Positions 31,280 through 44,100 of a DNA stretch of 64,000 nt are shown here, in pieces. Position numbers and translations under genes: made by a program. Under the pieces are notes generated by a model, which saw only the letters and a program-made list of their open reading frames with translations, searched no databases and was not told where the DNA came from. Source of the stretch: Thecamonas trahens ATCC 50062 (lineage: Eukaryota > Protista > Apusomonadida); assembly GCF_000142905.1 (NCBI RefSeq), contig NW_013657650.1:66279-130278 (forward strand). Reading direction: 5' to 3'. Numbering within the stretch: position 1 is the stretch's first letter; the number at the start of each line of letters is the position of its first letter.

Positions 31280-34200
31280 ATGGACGCCGAGACCGCTGCG
31301 CTGCTTGCGGAGCAAGAGCGATTCCTCTCGTCGGGCCAAGCAAGTGCCGCAACTGTAGTGCGGGCCAATGTGGTTGAGCGGAGTGTGCCTCGGCGGGATG
31401 TGGTCCAGCTCGATGGTGCCGTGGAGGAGTGTCCGCCCGAGGAGCCTAGCAACCTCTCGAGTCGAGTGAGTGCGACTCGGACGGGCGGAGCGCCATCCTC
31501 GTCCGGCCGCCGAGCTGACGACAGGGACCAGCCTCGGAAGGAGGCTGCGGCGCACACAGAGACGAAAGATGACGAGGAGAAGATGGAAGAGGTTCCGGAC
31601 GTGGTCATGGGTGTGGTTGAGCGGTTTCCAGACCAGCGGGCGTACGCTCCACCGGCTCCGTCGGGCACTCCCTTCCCGACTGTTGTCCATCGGTCGGCGA
31701 GGACTCACTCGCTCGGTCGGCAGAGCGCAAGGCGGAAGAGCGGAGACGGCGGCGGCTCGATTTTCGCTCGGCGATCGGCGTTTGCGGCCGATCATGCGGC
31801 AGGAGGGGCAAGACCGGACGCGGGTGCAGGAGGCAAGCCGAAGGCGGGCGACCGGGCAGAGAAGAAGAACCTCAAGCTGCCCAAGGCCGCCGAGTCGGTG
31901 GTCAAGGAGGCACCGCGGCAGACCCGGGCGACGCTCTCCACGAACATGATCGAAGTGGAGAAGATGCAGTGGATGACGACGCTGATCGAGGGCGCCGGCA
32001 CCAACGGCGCTCGAGGCGCAAGTGCAAGCAAGCCCAAGTCGAAGATTGCTCTCCAGATCGAGGCCTTCAAGGAGCTGTTTCCTGTCTTTGACCAGCGGTT
32101 CGATCTTCAGGGCAAGCTCTGCTCCCGCGAGGACTTTGCCGACGCGGTGGAATTGCCGCGCGAGCTGATGCACCACGGCGCGGATCCGGATGCGCCCGGG
32201 TACACACTTGGTGAGCTCACGCGACTGCTGCGATCCAAAGTGCCTGCACAGGCTGCAGTTGCAGCCGACACGCTGGCAGCGATTCTGCGGCGCGCTCACG
32301 GCGGCGAGTACGCGCCGGGGCAGGGTCGGGTCATTGTCAACGCGTTTGTGGAGCTGTACGGAGTGCTTGCGGTCCGACTCGCGCTCGACTCGGAGTCGAT
32401 CACGCTGCTTCTGCCTGCGCTGGACCTTGTGGCCGCGCTGCTGCCGCTGCCCGAGTGGACAGCGACCGAGGCGATTGCGCCGTCAGGCGTGCGGTCGTAC
32501 GCGCTTACGCCGGGCACGTCGCTGCGGCGGGCGTCGCAGATGGACGACGCCGAGCTGGCCAAGACTGATGCGGTGCTCGCGCTTGTACGCACAGGCATTG
32601 TCCCGCGCCTGCACTACCTGTATAGTGTGTGGCGACATCCGCCGCACGCGTTGCTTGTCCGGCGGCGGGTGGTGCAAATCCTGACTCGGGTGGCGAGCCA
32701 CTCGCTGCACGGAGCAGCGGCCGTGATCCAGACGCCTGGACTGATGGAGACACTTCTCAGCGACCACGTGGCGGTAGCAGCGGTTCACGATGCCGACATG
32801 ACCGTCCTGACCGTCCCTGTGCTGCTGCTGGCCAAGAGGCTGGCGGCGTCGTCGGCCGAGCATGCACACCGGCTTGACGACGCGGCGCCGAGTGCGACGC
32901 TGATGGCGAGCGTGAGCCGATGGATCCTGGCGGGTCCAGTGGGTACGAGCGGCGCGTTTGAGGCCGCGCTCGCGCTGTGGCGAGTTTTTCTCGCTTACGG
33001 CGGTGCCGTGGACACGCTTGTGGCGTCGGCGCATGTTCTGCTTCCGCTGCTCGAGACTGGGACCAGCACCCAGGCTGCAGCGGTGTACGCTGTGTACACG
33101 CAGGCGGTCGATGCAGTGGCTGGCTCGGACTCTTGGTCGCTGGTGGCGCCACTGGTGGCGACAACGGTCAACGCGCTCCGGACCGCGGTGGAGGGCGGAC
33201 TTGTCGACGCTGGCAACGCGGGGCGGCTGGTTCTGCTCGGAGCGCAGATGCACTTTCTGGCGGCGTACCTCCGTGCGCTACCGCTGCATCCGACGGCGTA
33301 CGACCCATCGGAGGCAGTGTTGTTTGCACGGCGGACAATGTCGGAAGTTGTGGGTCTGTTGCCGCAAACCGTACTCGGTGCAGCGCCCGAGGTGCCTGCG
33401 GCGGCGCACGCGGTGCTGGCGGCAGCGGCGCCGCTGACCATCCGATCCGGCGGCGATGCGCCTGCCGTGTTTGCTGTTCCTGCAGCCACCCCTGCGCTGG
33501 AGGAGCTGCTGCCGTCTGCGCTGGCCGTCGACGGGCTGGCGTCGCTCGTCCTCGCGCTTCTCGCGCTGTATCGGCCTGTGCTCTCTGATGCCCGGCCTGG
33601 GTTCCTGGGTGCGCTCGCAGCATGGCTAGAGTGTGTGGCGCCTGCGCGGCGAGAGCAGGAGAGTCTGGCGGGCCTGCTGCGGCGGGTGGTTGCGACACAT
33701 GCCGGGCTGCGGCTGGCAGCGGTGCTGGCGGCGGCACCGGATGGCGTGCTTCCACCGTCGCAGTATGCGTGTGTGCTGCGGCTGGTGGCGGATGCGGTGC
33801 CTGGCGACGAGGCGCTGTTGACGCAGGTTCTCGATGGAGTGGTGTTTGAGCCGGCTGTTGCGGCCAAGGTGGCGGAGGAGCACGGACTCGAGGGCGTGGA
33901 AGCCATCGAGTCGCTCCGTGAGTACTTGGGGTCATGGATGGGTGAGGTCGACGCGTTGGGCAAGGACAAGCTTGTGGCTGACGTGGCGCGGTCGCGGCTC
34001 CCGCTGCCGACCGAGTGGATGCTGATGCCGCTCGCCGAGGTCCACTCGCGGCTGGGCGACGACGGCGAGCTCGACGTGGTGCTTGGGGCGCGGCCGAACC
34101 TCGACGTGCGGCTCAACGCGGCGGTGGCGGAGGAGATGCTCTCGGGCGAGGCCGCGGCCGATGCCGAAGAGATGGCTGCGATGAAGGCGCATCGGCGGCA

Positions 34201-34882
34201 GCAGATCCACGGCGGCTTTGCGCTGATGGCGCCGCTAGTGGCGTCGACTGCGCCTGCTGTCCTACTCATTCGCGGCGTGCAAGCGGTCTCGGTCTCGTCG
34301 ACCCTCTTCAGTGAGCCTGTGGTGAGCGAGGTGCTCGGGGAGATGGCGCGGCGGCTGGCGGCGAGTTCCGCCGAGAGCGGTGGGGTGTTTATGGCGAGCC
34401 TCGATGGGGTTCTTGCTGGCTCGCACGGGTACGCGCCACTGCTTGCCTCGTTTCTGGAGCACTACGGCGGAGTGGCGTACGCCGACGGGGCGGCGACGGC
34501 TCTGGTCCTCGTCCACCTCGCCCCGCGCGTTCCTGCCCCGCTGGCGGCACTGGTGTGGCGGCATCTTGCGGCGGCGCCGCCAATGGTAACGCCGGCTATG
34601 GTCGCCGAGTTCAACCTCGGGGGGGTGCTCTTCCCGGCGAATGGTGCCGAGACGCACGAGCCGATGTCTGCGGTTGTCGCCGAAGCGGTCATCAACGGGC
34701 TTGAGCTCATGGCCCGGCGCTCGCCGGTGCTCTACCACGCGGCCGCGCTGCGCCTTGGCTGGTTTGTGGCATCGGGCGACTTTGACGCCACCAACGCGCT
34801 CCACCGGCTCGGCGAGCGTGCCGACGATGTTGTCGATGCAAGCGCGGCCGAGTGTGCCGCTGCCGCCGGGTGTGGCGAATGA
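31280..34882 (+). CDS. RPAP1: RNA polymerase II-associated protein 1 (Rba50/MINIYO family)
   Basis: LLAEQERFL N-terminus, EVEKMQWM, RFDLQG and HHGADPDAPGYTLGELTRLLRSKVPAQ (RPAP1 signature), followed by ARM-like repeats. Confidence 0.88.
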   Translation: MDAETAALLAEQERFLSSGQASAATVVRANVVERSVPRRDVVQLDGAVEECPPEEPSNLSSRVSATRTGGAPSSSGRRADDRDQPRKEAAAHTETKDDEEKMEEVPDVVMGVVERFPDQRAYAPPAPSGTPFPTVVHRSARTHSLGRQSARRKSGDGGGSIFARRSAFAADHAAGGARPDAGAGGKPKAGDRAEKKNLKLPKAAESVVKEAPRQTRATLSTNMIEVEKMQWMTTLIEGAGTNGARGASASKPKSKIALQIEAFKELFPVFDQRFDLQGKLCSREDFADAVELPRELMHHGADPDAPGYTLGELTRLLRSKVPAQAAVAADTLAAILRRAHGGEYAPGQGRVIVNAFVELYGVLAVRLALDSESITLLLPALDLVAALLPLPEWTATEAIAPSGVRSYALTPGTSLRRASQMDDAELAKTDAVLALVRTGIVPRLHYLYSVWRHPPHALLVRRRVVQILTRVASHSLHGAAAVIQTPGLMETLLSDHVAVAAVHDADMTVLTVPVLLLAKRLAASSAEHAHRLDDAAPSATLMASVSRWILAGPVGTSGAFEAALALWRVFLAYGGAVDTLVASAHVLLPLLETGTSTQAAAVYAVYTQAVDAVAGSDSWSLVAPLVATTVNALRTAVEGGLVDAGNAGRLVLLGAQMHFLAAYLRALPLHPTAYDPSEAVLFARRTMSEVVGLLPQTVLGAAPEVPAAAHAVLAAAAPLTIRSGGDAPAVFAVPAATPALEELLPSALAVDGLASLVLALLALYRPVLSDARPGFLGALAAWLECVAPARREQESLAGLLRRVVATHAGLRLAAVLAAAPDGVLPPSQYACVLRLVADAVPGDEALLTQVLDGVVFEPAVAAKVAEEHGLEGVEAIESLREYLGSWMGEVDALGKDKLVADVARSRLPLPTEWMLMPLAEVHSRLGDDGELDVVLGARPNLDVRLNAAVAEEMLSGEAAADAEEMAAMKAHRRQQIHGGFALMAPLVASTAPAVLLIRGVQAVSVSSTLFSEPVVSEVLGEMARRLAASSAESGGVFMASLDGVLAGSHGYAPLLASFLEHYGGVAYADGAATALVLVHLAPRVPAPLAALVWRHLAAAPPMVTPAMVAEFNLGGVLFPANGAETHEPMSAVVAEAVINGLELMARRSPVLYHAAALRLGWFVASGDFDATNALHRLGERADDVVDASAAECAAAAGCGE

Positions 34883-35004
34883 TGTGTGCAATGAAGTGAC
34901 CGATGGCCGGTAGCTGGCGGCGGGAGGCTGGCAATGGTAGCCAGCCAGAAGGGAGAGAGTCACCCGTAACTCGGCATTCCTCTCACCAGCAACAACCGAC
35001 CAAC

Positions 35005-36731
35005 ATGGCTGCATCGTCCAACCAGGAGCGCTTTGGCCGCCTTGCCAACTCTTCGTCTAACGACCAGATGGAGTACGTCGGCTTAGCAAGCGCTGTGGGT
35101 GTGTTTGGGTGTGGGTGTGGGTGTGGTGGGTGTGTTTGGTTGGGTGGGTGGGGTGGGTGGGTGGGGGGGGGGGGTGTGTGTGTGTGAAACTGCGGCGGTT
35201 TTTTGTCATTTTCTTTGGAACACAGGTCGCGTGGGCGGTGGGCGGTGGGATGGGGNNNNNNNNNNNNNNNNNNNNNNNNNNNNNNNNNNNNNNNNNNNNN
35301 NNNNNNNNNNNNNNNNNNNNNNNNNNNNNNNNNNNNNNNNNNNNNNNNNNNNNNNNNNNNNNNNNNNNNNNNNNNNNNNNNNNNNNNNNNNNNNNNNNNN
35401 NNNNNNNNNNNNNNNNNNNNNNNNNNNNNNNNNNNNNNNNNNNNNNNNNNNNNNNNNNNNNNNNNNNNNNNNNNNNNNNNNNNNNNNNNNNNNNNNNNNN
35501 NNNNNNNNNNNNNNNNNNNNNNNNNNNNNNNNNNNNNNNNNNNNNNNNNNNNNNNNNNNNNNNNNNNNNNNNNNNNNNNNNNNNNNNNNNNNNNNNNNNN
35601 NNNNNNNNNNNNNNNNNNNNNNNNNNNNNNNNNNNNNNNNNNNNNNNNNNNNNNNNNNNNNNNNNNNNNNNNNNNNNNNNNNNNNNNNNNNNNNNNNNNN
35701 NNNNNNNNNNNNNNNNNNNNNNNNNNNNNNNNNNNNNNNGGGGGGGGGGGGGGGGATGTCTCACTCGAGAGGATATGGTGATGATGATGATGACGATGAC
35801 GATGATGATGATGATGATGATGACGATGATGATGGTGATGATGATGATGGCGGTCGTTCAATGCGATGGCTGCTGGTCAACTGCTCACTATGCTTGCACT
35901 GCTGTGCTGGACTCTGCTGGACTCTGCTGGACTCTGCCCATCGCTGCCGGTTGCCTCTCGCCCAACAGTCGGCGATCGCAAGGGCGTCCAGCACACAGAA
36001 TACGGCATCAAGGTCAAGGTACGCACGACCCCCCTCCCTGCGTCCCTCCCACACCCGCTCCCCTCTCCCCCCCCTCCCCCTCCCCCTCCCTTTATCGCCA
36101 CTCATGCATCATTGCATCACAGACACATGACGGTCAGTACCGGGTCTACCGCCGCTACCGTGACTTTGAGCGACTGGTGACCAAGATCGCCAAGGGCCGC
36201 AAGGCTGCCGGCCTCCCGCCAGTCGCCGGCCTTCCGGCGATGCCGAAAAAGTCGCTGCTTTCTCGATTCAAGTCGGACGTGGTGGAGAAGCGCAAGCGGG
36301 CGTTCAACGATATCTTGCAGTTCCTGCTGCAGGCTGAGCCTGACGAGGGCAAGGCGCTCTTGTCGTCGTTTCTCGCCGAAGGCGTCGAGGCCGTCGGCGA
36401 CTCGTCGCTGCAGAAAATCCGCTCCAAGGCCATTGCAGTCAAGGTCTCGCTCGCCGATAAGAAGGCCGACGCCCGCCGCGAGACAACTGACCGCCACCAA
36501 GCCTCGCTCTGTCGCGAGTGCAAGGACGATATCAACTACTCCAAGAGCCACTGCGCATCGTGCGCCTCGCCGCTTCGTGCTGCGTCTCACGGCCAAACCT
36601 GTCGCGCCTGCAACATCCCGGCAACTCGCTGCTACAAATGCAACAAGGCCGGCGCCGCGCCCGTCCGCGCATGCGTCGAATGCGCCAAGTTCTGTCTCGC
36701 CTGCGAGGAGGATCTCTTTGATGCCGAGTGA
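35005..36731 (+). CDS. PX-domain protein with C-terminal multi-CxxC (PHF5-like) zinc cluster; multi-exon, spans a gap
   Basis: Exon 1 is 35005-35072 (donor GTACGT). An internal exon encodes HTEYGIKVK, followed by intron 36019-36122. The last exon has YRVYRRYRDFERL..LPAMPKK..VVEKRKRAFNDIL (PX) and six CxxC pairs. Confidence 0.8.
35778..35849. repeat. (GAT)n microsatellite (intronic)
   Basis: Directly visible. Confidence 0.9.
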
Positions 36732-37058
36732 GTAAGCCGCCGATCACCCCGCCCTACCGCCGCCATCGTAATTGTACTGCCGCCGCCCGTCCCCTCCCCC
36801 CCCCCCCCATGGTTGTCAGAGATAAGGGCAAGACAAAATAAAGCAGTTGGCGCTACCAAAAAAAAACCCCTCCGATGTCCCCATTGAAGGACCCTCTTTG
36901 TCTGCGTCCCCGTGACATGGGCAACGGCTAATTCGCACGAGTAACCATTGATTATGGTGCAAGAGAGTTGAGCATGGTTCTGAGCTTCGCTCACAGCCGT
37001 TCAAGGTCAAGGCCCTGCCCACCACGACCTTGACCAGCACTCCACCACGCAGAGAATC

Positions 37059-38029
37059 ATGGCGGACTACGAAGCTGATTACGACGCTGACTACGCAGAG
37101 CAGCCTGTCCGCGAGCGCCGCTACCGCAAGAAGTGCTTCAACTGTGGCTCGGTACGCCTCCCCCTCCTCCCTCCTTCCCCTCCCTCGCTACCCCCTTGCC
37201 GTCGGTTGGCGAGGCGGTCGCCGGTGCCTCCGTCCCAAGGCCAGCAAGCCTCCCACACCGCCCCCTTTGCGCCACCTACGCCCCTACGCCTCCCCCTCCA
37301 ACCCCTGTCCCATTCCCCTAATCCCTCCTCCTCCCCCATGCCCCCACCCCTACCCCCCCTCCCCCCCCCTCTGTGCGCCTGCCTGGTGGAAGACGGCAGC
37401 AATTTTTGGGAAGGCAACCAGGAGAAGAAGGCCATGCCATGCCATACCATGCTGTCCAGGGGGATGGGTGACGGACCCCCCTCCCCTCCCTCCCTCCCCC
37501 TCCTCACCCTCACCCTTACCCTCCCTCGCCCCTCTTCTACGACACCTACACTCACTTCCTTTTCTGACTACAGCTCGACCATCTTGTCGTCGACTGCCCG
37601 TCCGAGGTCAAGCTGTGCTTCCACTGCCAGTCGGCCGACCACCTGGCGTCCGAGTGCCCGACGCCCATGCCGCGCGAGTGCTACGTCTGCGGTTCGATCG
37701 AACACGTTCGTGCGGCATGCCCGCAGCGCCCGGCGCCGGCTCCGCGTGAGCCGCGTGAGCCGCGCGAGCCGCGTGAGCCGCGTCCGCCCAAGGCCAAACG
37801 CAAGAAGCGCTGCCACATCTGTGGCGAGGACGACCATCTCTTCCGCGACTGCGATCAGTACGACCCGGACCTGGCGGCGGCCAAGAAGTCGTGCCACAAC
37901 TGCGGCGGCATGGGTCACATCCAGCGGACCTGCCCCGAGCCGCCCCGCGAGCCCGACCAGCGCCCTTGCCACCACTGCGGCCTGACCGGTCACGTCAAGC
38001 GTGACTGCCCGGCTCTGCAGGAGGAGTAA
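37059..38029 (+). CDS. CNBP/Gis2-like CCHC zinc-knuckle nucleic-acid-binding protein, 2 exons
   Basis: Intron 37152-37573 (GTACGC..CTGACTACAG). The spliced protein has six CX2CX4HX4C knuckles, and the first is completed only by the splice (CFNCGS|LDHLVVDC). Confidence 0.9.
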
Positions 38030-38197
38030 CTGGCCCTGTCCACATACCACTCTCACTCTCAACTTGCGGCTGGCGGTATCGCTGGCTGCAGACTGTTCCT
38101 CGGTTTTCCGCGTGGGCGAGAGCCACGCGTCGCCTTCCCACCCTCGTAAACGAAGATGTGCTTGCTTGGTGAGACCCTTGCCTTGCCTGGCTTCCCT

Positions 38198-41100
38198 TCA
38201 TTCGGCCGCGCTATGAGTTCGCCGCACCCGCCGCCGCGTCCGCTTAAGGGATGGCAGCGACGGTGTCGGTGCCAGGGGCGAGCTCGATGCCGCCGAAACG
38301 TGCTTGACCGCCACCGCGAGCTGATGCTGGAGCGAGAGCACCAGCGCCTTGGCCTTGGCGTGCTCGGCGCGCTCGTTGCGGAGCTGCGTCTTGAGTGTAT
38401 CGATGGTCATTTGTGACGGTGCCTTGGGCGACGCGGGCTTTTCCAGCGACGCTGGTCCGTCCGGCCCGCGTGATGGGCCGCCGGACTCTTCGGCGGGCCG
38501 ACGCTCGCGACTCTTACGGGCCAGTGGCGACGCCGGTTGATGGGCCTCGAAAAGAGCGATCGTGTTTTTGGCGTCGGCAAGCTGCCGCTCAAGAGCGTGC
38601 TTGTCGTGAATGACCTTGTCGAGGTACGTGTGGTTCACGTCCTTGCGCTTGGCCTCCTCGACAACAGCGACCTGTGCAGCCTGGACCTCGAGCTTGAGCT
38701 CAGGCACCACGTGCTTCTCGTAGTGGATGAGCTTGGCGAGGAGCGTCTCATAGCGAGCGTGCGCAGTCTCGGCCTTGTGGCGGTACGATGCCAGGTCGGC
38801 TGTGAGACGGGCGATGGTGTCGTTGGCATCGCCGAGCTCACCCGAGAACCGGCGTGCATCAGCTTGGGCCTGAGCGCGATCGGCCTCAGCACGGGCGACC
38901 GAGTCAAGCGCGGTATGGACCTGCTCAGCGTACTCGGCGTCCTTGCGATTCTCGGCGGTGCGGACGGCCTCCATGATCCGGTCGCGGGCTGCGATGTACT
39001 TGTGCTTGATCTCCATATACCGCACCTTGTGGGCGTCATACTTGAGCCCAAGGTGGCTGTGCTCGCCCATGAGCGCCTCGTACTGTCGTGCCCACTCGGC
39101 GTTCTTTGTCCGCAGCGCCGTCTCCAGTTTGGCCTGCACGTCAGCATACACTGCATGCTCGGCCTTGAACGCCTCGTACTCCGCGAGAAGGCTCTTATGT
39201 GCCTTAGTCGTGCTCGACAGCTGGGTCTCGAGGAAAGCGCCACGCTCGAGCTGAGTCGTCAACTCGGCGATCTTGGCCTCGGCCTTGGCGAGCGCGTCGT
39301 TGACGTGAGCGCGGTGGGCAGTCTGCTCTTCAGCAAGGACCGACTCGCGCTCGGCAGCTGAGCTTGCTGAGACCTCCGCATGGATGCGAGCCTGCTCGGC
39401 TGCCTGCAGCTCGTCCTGTAGCGCAGCAATCTGGGCCTGTTGCTTGCTTCTAGCGTCGTGGGCGGCGTCGAGCTTGGCCTCGAGCTTGGTGACTCGAGCA
39501 GACGTGGCGTCGAGCGACCTCACGGCTGTCTCGAGCCTTCTACTCGCGGTCGCAAGATCGTCCTCTGCAAGCGCCGTTACCCGGGTTTGGGATGCAAGCT
39601 GCTCGCGGAGCGCTTGGATCTGGGCCTCTTTCTCGGATGCCAGCTGCTCGCGGGCAGCCTCATGCTCAGTGATGAGTTTCTCACGCACGGTCTTGATCTC
39701 GGACTCTTTCTCAGCAACCAACTGCTCGCGGACGGCCTTGATCTCGGACTCTTTCTCGGCAACCAACTGCTCGTGTGCAGCTTTGTGCTCCGCAACCAAT
39801 TGCTCACGGACGGCCTTGATCTCGGACTCTTTCTCGGCAACCAACTGCTCGTGCACGGCCTTGATCTCAGTCTCCTTCTCAGCAACCAACTGCTCGTGCT
39901 CAGCTCTGTGCTCCGCAACCAATTGCTCGCGCACGGTCTTGATCTCAGTCTCCTTTTCCACCACAACCTGCTCACGGACAGCATTGATCTCGGACTCTTT
40001 CTCGGCAACCAACTGCTCGTGCACGGCCTTGATCTCAGTCTCCTTCTCAGCAACCAACTGCTCGTGCTCAGCTCTGTGCTCCGCAACCAATTGCTCGCGC
40101 ACGGTCTTGATCTCAGTCTCCTTTTCCACCACAACCTGCTCACGGACAGCATTGATCTCGGACTCTTTCTCGGCAACCAACTGCTCGCGGACGGCCTTGA
40201 TCTCAGTCTCCTTCTCAGCAACCAACTGCTTGTGCTCAGCTCTGTGCTCCGCAACCAATTGCTCGCGCACGGTCTTGATCTCAGTCTCCTTTTCCACCAC
40301 AACCTGCTCACGGACAGCATTGATCTCGGACTCTTTCTCGGCAACCAGCTGCTCGCGCACGGTCTTGATCTCAGTCTCCTTTTCCACCACAACCTGCTCA
40401 CGGACAGCATTGATCTCGGACTCTTTCTCGGCAACCAACTGCTCGCGGACGGCCTTGATCTCAGTCTCCTTCTCAGCAACCAACTGCTCGTGCTCAGCTC
40501 TGTGCTCCGCAACCAATTGCTCACGGACGACCTTGATATCAGTCTCCTTTTCCACCACAACCTGCTCACGGACGGCCTTGATCTCGGACTCTTTCTCAGC
40601 AACCAACTGCTCGCGCATAGCCTTCATCTCGGCTTTGCGCTCAGCAACCAACTGCTCGCGGACGGCCTTGATCTCAGTCTCCTTCTCAGCAACCAACTGC
40701 TCGTGCACGGCTTGGACTGAAGCCTCGCGCTCAGCAACCAGCTGCTCGCGGACAGCCTTGATCTCGGACTCTTTCTCAGCAACCAACTGCTCGCGGACGG
40801 CCTTGATCTCAGTCTCCTTCTCGGCAATCAACTGCTCGCGCACAGCCTTCACCTCAACCTCATTCTCAGCGACACGCTGGTCTCGATCCGCCTCAGCCAC
40901 GGCAGCAGCATTCGCTGCAGACGCTGCAAGGACTTCAAGCTCAATTGCACGTCGTTCCAGATCCTGACGCTCCTGATCCAGCGTTTCGCAGCGTGCCTTC
41001 GCCTTGCCGAGCGCTTCCTCAAGCTCCTTCCGCACAACGTCTTGCACACGTCTCTCACGCTCGCGCGCCTCGGTCGTCGTCGCAAGCTCGACCCGTGCTA

Positions 41101-44100
41101 CATCACGCTCACGCGCAATCTGCTCGCACTTTTCGCTCGTGCTAGACACCTCAGTCTGCAGCTCACGCGCCCGCTCGGCAATGATCGCCAATTCAGCCTT
41201 GGTCTCGCCGTGCGCCTCGGTCTCGCGCGCCATCAGCACAGACACAGTTGCCAGCTCGGCCTTCGCCTCGTCGCGCTCTCGGGACGCAGCCTCGCTGGCC
41301 TGCTCCGCCGCAGCTAGTCTCTTGCCCAGCGTCGCCTCCACCGTCGCACGCTCAGCCTGGGCCTCGGCCAGCCCTTGTTCGAGATCTTCTCGAACCCCCT
41401 GTTGGACACGAGCATCGCGGGTCCGCGCCTCGGACAACGTACCCAGCTCGAGCTTGAGCACGTCGCGCTCGCGGACAAGCTCTGTCTTTTCCGCCCGCAC
41501 ACTCTCCAGCAGCGCCACATCGGCAGTCTGCTGCTCAAGCGTGTGCGCGTGTGCAGCGCGTTCGCGCTCCAGCTCGGCCTCAGCCTCGGCCAACCGCACT
41601 GCGATGGCCTTTTGGGCCTCACCAGCATCCGCAAGCTCTTGCCGGCAGCCCGCAAGTTCTGTCTTGGCATCGGCCGCTGCAGCCAGACTTTGGCGCAGCT
41701 CGCTCGCCAGCTCTTCAACCTTGCACTCCGCAGTGCTCCTCGCAAGCTGCACCGCTTCAAGCTCGGCCCGACACTCGTCCAGTTCGTCCGCAGCATGCTT
41801 TGCCGCATCCTCGGTCACCGCAATCTCACGCTGCAGTGCCTCGAGCTGTAGCTGCAGCTCCGAGCACTCTGTCCGCCGTGTGGCAAGTTCGGCCTCGCGC
41901 TCGCTTACGCTTGCTCGCAGATCATTAGCCACTTCGGCGTGCGCCTGGCGCTCGCTGGTCAGCTCAGCCTCAAGCGCATCCATTTTGGTCTGCACTTTGG
42001 CAGCATCGTGCTCTTGCTCAGCAAGGCGACCCTTGAGAGCTGCAATCTCGGCCTCCAGTCGTGTCACAACGTCAGCTCGGTCGCGCTTCACCATCGCTAT
42101 GAGCTCTTCAGAGGACGCTTGCTGCGCCTCGAGGTGGAGAGTCTTCTTCTCCGCCTCGCGGATCTGAGACTGGAGCTCGGCAACCTTGTCCTGCAAAGAC
42201 TGTCGTTCGTCGAGCGACGTGTCAAGCTTGGCCTCGAGCGTCTCCACCCGTGCCAGGCGCTCTTCCAGGCTCGCTTCGGCCGCCCTCTGCTCAGCTTCGG
42301 CACGTTCCAGCTGCCGCTGCGTCTCGGCGTGCGTTTCGCCCGCTGTCGCCAGCTTGCCCCGCAAGCTCTCGACCTCGGCGTGCGCAGCCTCAAGCTTGGC
42401 CTCAACTTCGCTCCGTGCCACCCTCGACACTTCCTCCAGTGACGCCGTCGAAGCTTCCAGAGCCGCCACCCTGGCTTCAGACTCTTCATGGAGCTCAATA
42501 ACCCGCGCCTCGGCCACGCGCGCATCTTGCTGTGCCGTGTGAAGAGCAGACTGGAGCTCGGCAACCTTGTCCTGCAAAGACTGTCGTTCGTCAAGCGACG
42601 TGTCAAGCTTGGCCTCGAGCGTCTCCACCCGTGCCAGGCGCTCTTCCAGGCTCGCTTCGGCCGCCCTCCGCTCTGCTTCAGCACGCTCGAGCCGCTGCTG
42701 CGTCTCGGCATGCTCGCTCGCGGCTGCAGCCAGTCGAGCCTCTGCTTCCAGTCGCGCCGCCTCTTCGCGCTCGGCCCGAGCAACAATTCGTCCGTGGGCC
42801 TCCTCCGCTGCTTCAAGCTTGGCCTTGTACTCGGCCCGCGTCCGCGTCAGCTCGTCATGGCCTCTGACTCGCGCCGCCTCGGCTGCTTGTGCTGCCGCCT
42901 GGAGCTGAGCCACATGCGCAGCGTCTGCATCCTTGGCGGCGCCTGTCTCCCGCACCGCGGCTTTGAGCTCAACAATCTGCTGCTGCAGCTCGTTGCGCTC
43001 GTCCAGCGAGGCATCAACGCGCGCTTCAAGCACATCTACCCGTGCCACACGGTCGGCCAGAGCCTGTTCGGCAGCCTCGCACTCGGCCTTGGCATGCTCG
43101 AGCTTGCGTTCGGCCGCAAGTCGCGCTTCGGCCTCGTGTTCTGCACGCGCTGCGTCTGCTTGTCGCACCTTCTCCAGTGACTCGATCCGAGCCCGCAGCT
43201 CACGTAGCTCTCGCTGTGCGGATTCGGCTTCGGTCCGTGCAAGTTGGCTCGACTCCTCCAGCGACGCTGTCGACGCTTCCAGCGCCATGCTCGTCGCCTC
43301 GGCTTCGTCTTCCAGCTCGATGGCCCGGGCCTCCGCCGCGGCAGCGCGACTCTTGGCCTCACGGGCTTGCACCTGGAGCTCGGCAATTTGTTGCTGCAAC
43401 TCAGTACGATCGTCAAGTGAGTTGTCCAGCTTGGCTTCGAGCGCCGCGACCCGGTCAGCCCGCTCGTCTAGACTCTTCTGCATCCGCTCGAGCTCCGCTC
43501 TCGCCTCGGCCTGGTGGCTTTGCAGCACGCGCACCTCAGCGTCCTTGCCCTGGAGCTGCTGGCAAAGTAGCCCAACCTCTTCGCGGACACGCTCCAGCTC
43601 CGCAACTTGATCCTTGGCTGAAGCTTCGGTTGATGCCAGTTTTGCCCTGGCACTCTCGTGGTGCTCACGCAGAACCCGATGTTCCACCTCGAGCTGGCTG
43701 CGGGCCTGCTCGGTCCGCTGCAGTTCCTGCCGCACCGCTGCCAGATCGCCCTGTACCGCCTTCTGCATCGAGCCGTGCTCTCTCTGCGCCGCTACCGTCG
43801 CGACCAGCTTGGTCTCCACCTGCGCCAGCTCTTCCACCTTGGCCTCGAGACGGCTTCGCTCCTCGTAGGACGCGTCGAGCTCGGCCTCGAGTTGCTTGAT
43901 CCGCTCTTTGCGCTCGCTGGCGCTCTTGAGAACCCCAGCCAGCTCAGCCTTGGCTTCATCGCACTGCTCGCGAAGTACACGGAGCTCGACCTCGGACTTG
44001 CTCCGGACCTGCTCCTCGCTCCGAAGCTCCTCGCGGACCGACGCAAGCTCGGCCTGCGCCGCCTCTTGGCTCATCTGGCAGTTCTTGAGCTCAGTCGAGA

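Noticed and set aside
37380-37480. Intronic H/ACA snoRNA (cctggt..accagg stem followed by AGAAGA)
   Set aside because: The stem is only 6 bp and there is no convincing second hairpin or ACA box. An Infernal/snoRNA scan would be needed.
37574-38029. Retroviral/LTR Gag nucleocapsid
   Set aside because: It is a spliced cellular gene with six knuckles; no capsid, protease, RT, integrase or LTRs are nearby.
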